A stretch of DNA of 32,000 bases from Desulfotalea psychrophila LSv54. Its GTDB lineage: Bacteria; Desulfobacterota; Desulfobulbia; Desulfobulbales; Desulfocapsaceae. The stretch is taken from the NCBI RefSeq assembly GCF_000025945.1, contig NC_006138.1:1980001-2012000 (forward strand), in the 5' to 3' direction. The position numbers and the translations under genes were made by a program. A model generated the notes under the pieces. The model ran no database searches. It worked only from the letters and a program-made list of their open reading frames with translations, and was not told the origin of the DNA. Below, in pieces: positions 9,444 to 18,020 of the stretch (position 1 is its first letter; the number at the start of each line of letters is the position of its first letter).

Positions 9444-11762
9444 ATGCCTAATCGCTCGTTCTTATGCCTTTTTGTTACTCTATTTTTTGTCTCGAATCTT
9501 TTTCTCTCTGTCCCCTCATCGCTCTTTGCTCAGGCAATTCCCCCATCGCCCGCCCCGTCAACACAATCAACTGAAAAAATACAGGCCCTGATGGCAGGGC
9601 TCAGCGATGAGCAGGTTCGGGCCATGCTTATAACCGAATTGCAAAACGACGCCGCGGTTCTGCCGCCAGAGAAATTACAACGATCTCGAGGCCCGGCTAT
9701 AGTGTTTGGCACTCTTCTTACATCCCTTGATAAGACTGCCTATAGTTCTGAAAAACGCCTGCAAAAATTGATAGAGAGTGTACCTCTGATAATACCAAGT
9801 TTGAAAAGTACATTTTTAAAGCTCTGCCCGGTAGGGACTTCCCATGGAGCAGTTATCAATCTATTATGGATACTGCTCTTCATAGTGACGGGCCTTGTCG
9901 CTGAAAAAATATTTAATGTATGGATCACCAGGCACTACTTCCCTCCGGGAGATGCTATTGAAGAAGATGGCCACATTTGGACAAGATTGAGCGCTGGAGT
10001 GTCACGGCAGATGCCTGGTATTCTTGGTGTCTTTGTGCTTTTCTTTGTCTCCTATCTCGTCAACATCCTGACCCTCGGAACCCAACTTCCCTTTGTGCAG
10101 CTTGTCTTTTTCAGTGCACTTATCGGTCTTCTTTTTTGTAGAATTATTGGCATGATCTCGAAAATCTTTCTGTCGCCGGCAACTTCTGCCTTACGGATTC
10201 TTCCTCTGCAGGAGAGCAGTGCCCGGACAGTGCACCGTCTTATAATTGCCATTACGGTCTATATTGTTTTTTCAACCATGTTTTCTATCCTTATCTATCG
10301 CCTTTCAGGAGATTATAAGGCCTATATTCTCTTGATGTTTTTAAGCGCCTCGCTGCTGCTCCTTATAACGGCAGTCTGTATACTCGTCTATAAAAACAGG
10401 GTGAAGGCCTATATACTCTCCAGTGAATGGGGGTATGGAAGTGGTAGGCTTGGCACCTGTCGGCGTCATTTTGCCTCCCTTTGGCATCTTTTTTCCCTCC
10501 TCTATCTCTTTATTCTATGGATTTTAGTTGTCAACACTCTGGGTGACTCATCGGTGCAGTCGGACTCTGCCTTTATTTTTAGCTTTTTTGCCCTGCCTAT
10601 TTGGTTTGTCTTGGATAAAATCACTCAATGGACCCTTCATTACGGCATTGGCGTCCTCCGGCCAGAGGCAAAGGATATTGAGCCCGAGCAATTAGCCCTG
10701 CGTCAGGAAAAAGATGAACGTTTCCAACATCGCGTTTATACCATAGGTCGTCTCTGTCTCTTTATTGCCCTGATGGCCTGTCTGGCAAGTCTGTGGAACA
10801 TCAACCTTCCCCTGGTGGAAGACTTTTCAAGAGTTATTTTTGATTCTGTAGCTGTCTGTGCCGTATCCCTTGTTACCTGGCGGGTACTGAGTAACTGGAT
10901 TGAGGCAAAAATAGAAGAGTCACTGCCCAAGGTTGAGGAGACAGGGGAGACAGAGGAGAAGGATGATGGCGACTGGGGGGCAGGGGGCGCGAGTAAGAGT
11001 AGGGCCTATACTCTGTTACCCATGTTGAGAAAATTCATTGGCACCATTCTGCTGGTAATGGTGGTGATGACCCTGCTTGCCCAGCTGGGTATTGATATTG
11101 GTCCACTGCTTGCCGGTGCTGGTGTTATTGGCCTTGCCATTGGTTTTGGGGCGCAGAAGCTGGTTGCCGATATGTTTTCCGGATTTTTCTATCTTCTCGA
11201 CGATGCCTTTCGGGTTGGAGAGTACCTGACTGCGGGCAAGGTCTCGGGGACCGTTGAAAATATTTCCCTGCGTAATGTCTTTTTACGACATCATCTTGGT
11301 ATGTTGCAGATTGTCCCCCATAGTGAACTTGGAGCTATTACCAACTTTATGCGGGGCGGTATTATTGTTAAGTTCAACCTCGATTTTCCCTATGACGTTG
11401 ATATTGATCTGGTTCGTAGGATCATAAAAAAAGTTGGTGTAGCAATGCTTGCGGACGAAGAACTTGGGCCGGATTTTATCCGGCCAATAAAGTCTCAGGG
11501 GGTTCGGGGGATTACCAATTCGGTGATGACCATCCGGGCAAAATTCACCGCCCATCCGGGAAAACAGTTTGTTATTCGCCGCGAGGCCTATAGGCTTATC
11601 ACCGAGGCACTGGCTAAGAAGGGTATTCACTATGCTCATCGTAAGGTGATTGTCGATGTGGCAAGTCATGAAGATAATATGAGCTTAAAGGCGGCAGGGG
11701 CTGCTGCAATGTCCTCAATTCAAAATGATGAGGAGCAGGCGGCGGCAAAGGCTTCTGACTAG
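9444..11762 (+). CDS. MscS-family mechanosensitive ion channel with long N-terminal multi-TM extension
   Basis: GPLLAGAGVIGLAIGFGAQKLVADMFSGFFYLLDDAFRVGEYLTAGKVSGTVENISLRNVFLRHHLGMLQIVPHSELGAITNFMR is the MscS core; signal peptide and extended N-terminus. Confidence 0.92.
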   Translation: MPNRSFLCLFVTLFFVSNLFLSVPSSLFAQAIPPSPAPSTQSTEKIQALMAGLSDEQVRAMLITELQNDAAVLPPEKLQRSRGPAIVFGTLLTSLDKTAYSSEKRLQKLIESVPLIIPSLKSTFLKLCPVGTSHGAVINLLWILLFIVTGLVAEKIFNVWITRHYFPPGDAIEEDGHIWTRLSAGVSRQMPGILGVFVLFFVSYLVNILTLGTQLPFVQLVFFSALIGLLFCRIIGMISKIFLSPATSALRILPLQESSARTVHRLIIAITVYIVFSTMFSILIYRLSGDYKAYILLMFLSASLLLLITAVCILVYKNRVKAYILSSEWGYGSGRLGTCRRHFASLWHLFSLLYLFILWILVVNTLGDSSVQSDSAFIFSFFALPIWFVLDKITQWTLHYGIGVLRPEAKDIEPEQLALRQEKDERFQHRVYTIGRLCLFIALMACLASLWNINLPLVEDFSRVIFDSVAVCAVSLVTWRVLSNWIEAKIEESLPKVEETGETEEKDDGDWGAGGASKSRAYTLLPMLRKFIGTILLVMVVMTLLAQLGIDIGPLLAGAGVIGLAIGFGAQKLVADMFSGFFYLLDDAFRVGEYLTAGKVSGTVENISLRNVFLRHHLGMLQIVPHSELGAITNFMRGGIIVKFNLDFPYDVDIDLVRRIIKKVGVAMLADEELGPDFIRPIKSQGVRGITNSVMTIRAKFTAHPGKQFVIRREAYRLITEALAKKGIHYAHRKVIVDVASHEDNMSLKAAGAAAMSSIQNDEEQAAAKASD

Positions 11763-11769
11763 TAGGAGA

Positions 11770-12426
11770 CTATTTGCGGAACTTTATGGTGAGCTCTATT
11801 TCATCAATATGTTCTGTCACCTTCAGGCTGTTGACATAGCCGTGAACTGTTCCGGCCAGAGAACGCTGAATAAAGTCTTTCATGGGTACCTTTTGCCCGT
11901 TAACAAACAGTGAGGTGGTCTCCTTGTTCCTGGCATCTTCTCCGAGAAAACGTTTTTCAATAAAGGATGCTATCTCCTCACTCTCGTCGAGACGAAAGAC
12001 ATAGTCTCCTCTTATGCCACTGATATTGGTGGCAAGGGCAATCACCCCGGTGACCTCGTCACGAATCTTCTGGTCGATATCTCGTATAACCTCTATCTTG
12101 GCAATTTTACGGGCCCGTTTAAAACCTTCGGCAATAATAATATCAGCCTCGGGAAAGAAGCGATGGGCCATGGTCTGCAGGGAGTCTATTTTTTGAAAGG
12201 ACTGGAGCACCATCTGATCGGGTGCTACCAGGAGGACGCTATCCGCTCCGGCAATTTTGTGTTTGTGGGTGTCTGTACCCGGGGTATCAAACTCAAGACC
12301 CACCTCGGAGCTGGACTTCATCACGGCAACAGTGTAGCCCTTTGCCTTGAGATGGGATACCACTCTTGTTGCCAGGGTTGTTTTGCCGCTATCATGCCAA
12401 CCTATAAATGAAACTATTGCTGCCAT
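11770..12426 (-). CDS. mobB: Molybdopterin-guanine dinucleotide biosynthesis protein B
   Basis: IVSFIGWHDSGKTTLATRVVSHLKAKGYTVAVMKSS...DTPGTDTHKHKIAGA P-loop protein; 7 nt from the convergent mscS-like gene. Confidence 0.9.
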   Translation of the reverse strand: MAAIVSFIGWHDSGKTTLATRVVSHLKAKGYTVAVMKSSSEVGLEFDTPGTDTHKHKIAGADSVLLVAPDQMVLQSFQKIDSLQTMAHRFFPEADIIIAEGFKRARKIAKIEVIRDIDQKIRDEVTGVIALATNISGIRGDYVFRLDESEEIASFIEKRFLGEDARNKETTSLFVNGQKVPMKDFIQRSLAGTVHGYVNSLKVTEHIDEIELTIKFRK

Positions 12427-12697
12427 TCCCCATACTCCCTTGTCTTTTCAGGGGCAGTAGTCCCCTCACTTTATCTCTGCTTTGACCTTCGCTAGGGCAG
12501 AGGATACCCTACCAGATACGCGAAAGCAAAAAATTAGCCTTAAAATAAATGCATTGCAAGCAGATAGAATCGGATTGGCCCTCTTTTTACTGGGCTATCC
12601 GTCTGAGGTAGGAGAAGATTTGAAATATATCTTTTGCTAGCAGAATCTCTTGTCGGGCGTGGTATCAGTCTATGGGTGAGGGGAAGGTGCAAAAGAA

Positions 12698-12731
12698 AAA
12701 AGGGGATATTTTTTAAGAAATATCCCCTTTT
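12698..12731 (-). terminator. Rho-independent terminator of the FDH operon
   Basis: 14-bp perfect stem AAAAGGGGATATTT/AAATATCCCCTTTT with a 6-nt loop, followed on the minus strand by TTTCTTTT, downstream of the gamma-subunit gene. Confidence 0.9.
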
Positions 12732-12759
12732 GTAAACAAGTTGCGGTGTTTGCTGTGAG

Positions 12760-13620
12760 CTACTCGTACTTATGCAGGCTGTGAAGAATATCGACCTCTT
12801 CCTGTGGCTTGTAACCTGTTTTCATGGACTTAAGAGAGCCTGCTATGGCAAAGATTGACATGTAGCAGTGGGTTAGATAGAAGGCCACCAGAATCATACC
12901 CAAGACATTATGGATAATTGCGTAGATACGGATAAGATCGATATTTATGCCAAAGCTCCAGAGGTAAAAACCTGTAAAGGCCATGATAAGACCACCGGGC
13001 ACGGCACACCAGTACCACATCTTTTGACCTGCATTAAACTTCTCTGCAGGCACTGGCACCTTCTTTTTGCTGAGGTAACCACCTAAGATAAGGCACCATT
13101 TAATGTCGCACATAGCCGGCAACATGTCTTTGAGCCAAATGACAAGCATCAATAAGAGAGCGGGTAGGGCTAGAAAGGCTGCGAAGAGATGGACGTAGCG
13201 GGCGCTACGAATAAATGTGCCACCCCCGAAAAAGGAAGCAAAGGTAATGAGCAGTCCTGTGATCACCAGAGCGGTGAAGGAGACGGCCCCAAGAAGGTGG
13301 ATAAGGCGGGAGAATAGGGGGAAAAAGAGGATCTGTTTACCGCCATGATCAAAGTGTTTAGCTCCGATAATCAGATAGTGGAGAGCAAAGATCAGTGGTA
13401 CTGCGGTAATAAGGAGCAAAAATATCCACATAAAATAATGGGATTGCAAGAGGGTGAAAAGAGCACCATATTTTTGCCAATCCTCGCCGACAATACCTGT
13501 GATTAATCGTTGATAGTACTCTGGTGAAGAGGCCGTTGCCCAGGCAGAGACCGCCCCGAAAGTTAAGAAGAGCAGAACAGTTAATCCAGAGAGAAGGCCA
13601 GATTGCGTAGTTTTTTGCAT
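12760..13620 (-). CDS. Formate dehydrogenase gamma subunit (cytochrome b556-type, FdnI/FdoI-like)
   Basis: Four core hydrophobic helices, FFPLFSRLIHLLGAVSFTALVITGLLI, YVHLFAAFLALPALLLMLVIWLKDMLP, AIIHNVLGMILVAFYLTHCYMSIFA; adjacent to the other FDH subunits. Confidence 0.9.
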   Translation of the reverse strand: MQKTTQSGLLSGLTVLLFLTFGAVSAWATASSPEYYQRLITGIVGEDWQKYGALFTLLQSHYFMWIFLLLITAVPLIFALHYLIIGAKHFDHGGKQILFFPLFSRLIHLLGAVSFTALVITGLLITFASFFGGGTFIRSARYVHLFAAFLALPALLLMLVIWLKDMLPAMCDIKWCLILGGYLSKKKVPVPAEKFNAGQKMWYWCAVPGGLIMAFTGFYLWSFGINIDLIRIYAIIHNVLGMILVAFYLTHCYMSIFAIAGSLKSMKTGYKPQEEVDILHSLHKYE

Positions 13621-13679
13621 AATTGCATCCTTGAGATTATCTGCCCGAATAACTTCGGGCAGATAGTAGATCAGTGACG

Positions 13680-14273
13680 TTACTTATCGTCTTTTTTGTA
13701 TGCCCGATCCCAGCCCCAAGCCCCGGCGCCTGAACCACGTTGAAAGACACGCTTCCGATAGACATCGGCTATAATATCAGCATCGCCGGCAAGAAGCGCC
13801 TTGGTGGCACACATACCAGAGCAGAGCGGTGGTTTGCCCTCTGCAATCCTGTTTTGTCCGTAGAGACGTTTCTCTTCGTCGCTGAAAGTCTCTTCGGGAC
13901 CACCGGCACAGAAGGTACACTTATCCATGGCACCACGGGCACCAAAAACTGCTCCCTTGGGAAATTGAGGTGCACCGAAAGGGCAGGCCATAAAGCAATA
14001 GCCACAGCCAATACATTTTTTCTTATCCGCCAGGACAATGCCATCATCTCGTTGATAGATCGCATCAACGGGGCAGACAGCTATACATGGTGCATCGGCA
14101 CAGTGCATACATGAGATGGAGATGGATTTTTCACCAGGCTTTCCCTGGTCAAGGGTGACAACACGACGTCGGTTCACTCCAACGGGCACGTGATTGCCCT
14201 CTTTACAGGCGACGATACAACCACTACAGTCGATGCAACGTTCTACATCGCATAAAAATTTCATTCTTGCCAT
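13680..14273 (-). CDS. Formate dehydrogenase iron-sulfur subunit (4 x [4Fe-4S] ferredoxin-like)
   Basis: CIDCSGCIVACK, CMHCADAPCIAVCP, CIGCGYCFMACPF, CTFCAGG...PLCSGMCATKAL. No C-terminal transmembrane segment. Confidence 0.93.
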   Translation of the reverse strand: MARMKFLCDVERCIDCSGCIVACKEGNHVPVGVNRRRVVTLDQGKPGEKSISISCMHCADAPCIAVCPVDAIYQRDDGIVLADKKKCIGCGYCFMACPFGAPQFPKGAVFGARGAMDKCTFCAGGPEETFSDEEKRLYGQNRIAEGKPPLCSGMCATKALLAGDADIIADVYRKRVFQRGSGAGAWGWDRAYKKDDK

Positions 14274-14290
14274 TATTCAGTCCCTCCCGA

Positions 14291-17080
14291 TTAGGCCAAG
14301 CTGATTTTACAGAGACCATCTTTAGTAGCCTGAATCTGAGTAACGATATCATATCCATAGTTGACAACAACATTGGCTGAATCACCAACAACCCATGGTG
14401 CATGTCCCTCTGGATACTTATCAACAAGAGACTCGCCTTCCCAGGAACCACCAAAGTGATATGGTAAAAAGATAGTTTTTTCGTCCACCCTTTCGGTGAC
14501 AAAGGCCTTCACCTTGATTTTGCCGCCCTCCGGGGATTCAATCCAGATCATTGCATCCTTACGAATACCAAGATTATTGGCCAGGCGGGGATTAATCTCT
14601 GCGTACATTTCAGGCTGCAGTTCAGCTAGATACTGATTGCTTCGGGTCTCGGCACCCGCACCCATATGCTCAACCTGTCGGCCTGTGGTGAGGATATATG
14701 GAAACTCTTTTATCAGATTCGGGTTTTGCTCTGACTCAAAGCGGGTATCAACCCGGAAATGATTCGTCTGGTCCTGGTAGGTTGGATATCGCTCTATCAG
14801 ATCCGGACGTGGTGAGTGTAGGGGCTCACGGTGAACAGGCACCTGATCAGGAAAGGTCCAGACAATACAGCGGGCCCGGGCATTACCAAATGGTGCCATG
14901 CCACGGGAAATGGCATCCTTGATCGTTTTCTGGCTGAGGTCTGTCTTCCAGTTTGTGCCTGGAACCACATCTTTGAATTCAGGATAACCACCCTTTACCT
15001 CACTGCCTGGGGTATAGGTTCCCTCGGCTGCAAGTTGGTTTTCGGTACGACCAGAATCATAGGTTTTTTCGACACCAAAACGATTTCTAAAAGGTAGACC
15101 ACCTTCGGCCACAGACTTCGACATATCGTAGAGAATAGGAGTACCCGGATGTTCCTGGGTCCAGCAAGGCCAAGGCAGACCGTAATATTCGCCATCGCAT
15201 GGGCCACCCTTAGCCTGTAGGGTATCGATATCAAAGGTATGCCAGTTCTCCATATGGGCCTTGATACGCTCGGGCGTCTGACCGTTATAACCAATGGTCA
15301 GTGAGCCACTGCCCAGCTCACGCGTAATATCTTCGGGTTCCTGCTTGATGTTTTTGTAAAACTTATCAGCAAAACCAAGACGGGTAACGAAATCACGAAG
15401 GATGTCATAGTCATCTCGACTGTTGTAGATAGGATCAACAACCTTATAGCGCCATTGAATTTGGCGTGAGGTAGAACTCACTGACCCTTGCGTTTCGTAC
15501 TGGCTGGCACTGGGCAGAATATAGACATTATCTGTTTCACAGAGGGCCGCTGCCATGGTGGGGAAAGGATCAACAATAACCAGGAGATCAAGCTTGTTAT
15601 AGGCTCTTTTTACTCGACCATACTGGGAATTAGAGTTGGCCCCACATCCCCATTGGATAAGGGCCTTGATGGGAGATGGCTGATGAATTTTTTCTTCGTT
15701 CAGTACGCCTTCGTACCAGCGGGCAAGGGTGAATCCCTTTTTATTCATCCACTCCTTTGCAGGAAAACGTGAGACCATCCACTCGTAATCCACACCCCAG
15801 ACGCGACACCAGTGTTTCCAGGCGCCGTCGGAGAGACCATAGTAGGCAGGTAGGCTATGGGAGAGAATACACATATCCGTTGCCCCCTGAACATTGTCGT
15901 GACCACGGAAAATGTTGGTACCACCACCTGATTTACCCATATTGCCAAGGACAAGCTGGAGCAGACAGAAGCTTCTGGTGATGCTGGAGCCGATACTATG
16001 CTGAGTACCACCCATACACCAGGTAAGACTGGTTGGGCGATGGGTTGCAAGCATCTTGGCAACCTTGATGGTCTGGGCTGCGGGGATACCCGTTACATCC
16101 TCTACCTCTTCAGGAGTATATTTTTTTGTGACTTCAATCATCTCTTCGTAACCGGAAACACGGGTACGAATAAATTCCTTATCTTCCCAACCGTTTTTGA
16201 CGATTACGTGGATCAGTCCCATCATAAAGGCAGCATCAGAGCCCGGACGAATACGAACAAACTCATCGGCCTTGGCGGCAAGCTTTGTTCGACGTGGATC
16301 AACAACAATAATCGGCGCATTGTTCTTCTCTTTGGCGTGAAGAATATGCTGCATGGAGACAGGATGTGCCTCTGCCGCATTTGAACCGATAAAAATCATG
16401 GATTTCGCATGCCTAATGTCATTAAGACTATTAGTCATTGCACCGTAACCCCAAGTATTGGCGACACCTGCCACCGTTGCGGAGTGTCAGATGCGGGCCT
16501 GGTGATCGATATTATTCGACCCCCAGAATGCTGCGAATTTTCTGATCTGATAGGCCATTTCATTGGAGACCTTGGCACTACCGTTAAAGTGGAGGGCATC
16601 GGGGCCATCTTTTTCCCGAATCGACTTCAGTTTATCGGTGATCTCACCCATTGCCCGGTCCCAGGAAATAGGCGTCCACTTTCCGTTTATCCGTTTCATG
16701 GGGCTCTTCATTCGTTTAGGGCTAGTTACCATATCAATGGCACCTGCCCCTTTACAGCAATGGCCACCACGGGAAACCGGATGGTCTACCGCAACGTTCT
16801 GGCGCACCCAGACACCGTTGTGCACCTCGGCCTCAATGCCACAGCCAACGGCACAGTAGGTGCAGATGGTACGAACTGTTTTGGAGCCCTCATAGGGGCT
16901 TTTCTTACCGGAAGCACTTGCCTTCTTGGTGAGATTTGTGGTCATCGCAGCCCCTGTAAGTGCCGCTGTTGCCGCAGAAATCTTTAGAAAAGATCTCCTG
17001 GCAACCTTTGGGTTCAGGGTGACCCGTTTGCTGGTAGTTGCCGTGCTGGCAACTGCTTTATTCACTCGACTTCTGGCCAT
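14291..17080 (-). CDS. Formate dehydrogenase catalytic (alpha) subunit, Tat-exported, selenocysteine-containing; TGA at 16487-16489 decoded as Sec
   Basis: Joins ORF-track fragments 14291..16474 and 16487..17131. Fe-S motif CTYCAVGCG...GHCCKG, Tat signal [18 protein letters not shown], then ...[56 protein letters not shown], the FdhA/FdnG active-site context. AAGGAGATAAC Shine-Dalgarno before the ATG at 17080. Confidence 0.95.
16459..16489 (-). promoter_or_regulatory. Bacterial SECIS-like element directly downstream of the Sec UGA
   Basis: Minus strand reads TGA CACTCCGCAACGG TGGC AGGTGTC GCCA: a stem UGGC/GCCA with a GGU-containing loop, similar in spacing and loop to the E. coli fdhF SECIS (GGUUGCAGGUCUGCACC). 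Confidence 0.8.
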
Positions 17081-17142
17081 TGTTATCTCCTTGTCAACTC
17101 TTAATAGAGGTTCTTTTGCTGGGAACCTCAAAAAAGCACAAA

Positions 17143-17328
17143 CTAGACTAAACTTTTGTAATATTTCTTAAAGTCTTCAGTTTCCTGATAGAGCACCTCA
17201 CTGCCAGCAACCTTTTGCAGGTCTGCAGCCTGGGCTTTCTTGCGGGTAACTGCAACGCCTGCCACAGCCGCACTCCCCGCCAGAATATGCTTCAGGAAAG
17301 AACGTCTTTTTCCTTGTTCTTTTTTCAT
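17143..17328 (-). CDS. Small Tat-signal protein of formate dehydrogenase loci (TIGR02811-like)
   Basis: Start moved to the ATG at 17328, preceded by CTGGAG; MKKEQGKRRSFLKHILAGSAAVAGVAVTRKKAQAADLQKVAGSEVLYQETEDFKKYYKSLV (61 aa). Twin-arginine motif and a Y-x-E-T-x(3)-K-K-Y-Y-like tail. Confidence 0.88.
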   Translation of the reverse strand: MKKEQGKRRSFLKHILAGSAAVAGVAVTRKKAQAADLQKVAGSEVLYQETEDFKKYYKSLV

Positions 17329-17405
17329 TTTTTTCTCCAGTTGGTATTTTGCACTCATGGGCTTAACTCTCTTCCTGCCAACAAGAGTCAGTCCCATATC
17401 TCTTG

Positions 17406-18020
17406 TTACATCTCCATGATTAAACCACGCTCAAGATCCAGATAGCCCTTGAGGAAGAGACTGCAGGTTTCATAGAATTCAGCCCGATCATCATCTTTGA
17501 GTATCAGGTAAACACTTTCAACAAGGGGTTCTAGGAACTCTACTACCAGTTGTGTCTGGTAGTCCCGGGCCGTAGCGCTACCTGCGATTTCGTCCTCGAT
17601 AAGGCGGGCAAGACTGTCGAGCATGACGGGAATAGAATCTTCTGTATCTATTACACTTTCATTTTTCATCAAATCTGCCTTTGCCAGCAGGCCACGAAAT
17701 TGGGCAAGGGTCTCACCGTGGTGCCGGCCATCGACATAGTAGGATGCGGTGGTTGCAACATGTCTTTTGTTAAAGGGATCTGTGAAGAGGACATAGTATT
17801 CATCCTGCAGATCCGAGAGATTTTTCAGGGTAAGAAGCTTGCAGAAATCTGTAACTGCTGCATCAAAGAGGGGGTTGATATGTTCCCCGTGCAGAGAGGC
17901 AAAGATACCACGCCAGCGGCTCATTTTTTCTGCGTCTGGCTCTTCAAGGAAGAAGGATTTAATTACATCGATAAAACGCAGACGAACTCTGGAGAGTTCT
18001 TTTTCAGTCATCATGTCCAT
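17406..18020 (-). CDS. TorD/DmsD-family molybdoenzyme chaperone (FDH-specific)
   Basis: DLQDEYYVLFTDPFNKRHVATTASYYVDGRHHGETLAQFRGLLAKA...DSIPVMLDSLARLIE; TAATG overlap with the upstream polyferredoxin gene. Confidence 0.85.
   Translation of the reverse strand: MDMMTEKELSRVRLRFIDVIKSFFLEEPDAEKMSRWRGIFASLHGEHINPLFDAAVTDFCKLLTLKNLSDLQDEYYVLFTDPFNKRHVATTASYYVDGRHHGETLAQFRGLLAKADLMKNESVIDTEDSIPVMLDSLARLIEDEIAGSATARDYQTQLVVEFLEPLVESVYLILKDDDRAEFYETCSLFLKGYLDLERGLIMEM

Noticed and set aside
16474-16490. FDH alpha interpreted as a pseudogene or two-gene split enzyme
   Set aside because: The TGA lies exactly at the Sec position, the frame is intact on both sides, and a SECIS-like hairpin follows.
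16409-16987. 192-aa plus-strand ORF spanning the Sec codon region
   Set aside because: Antisense to conserved FDH sequence on both sides of the UGA, so it does not indicate a separate gene or a real break.
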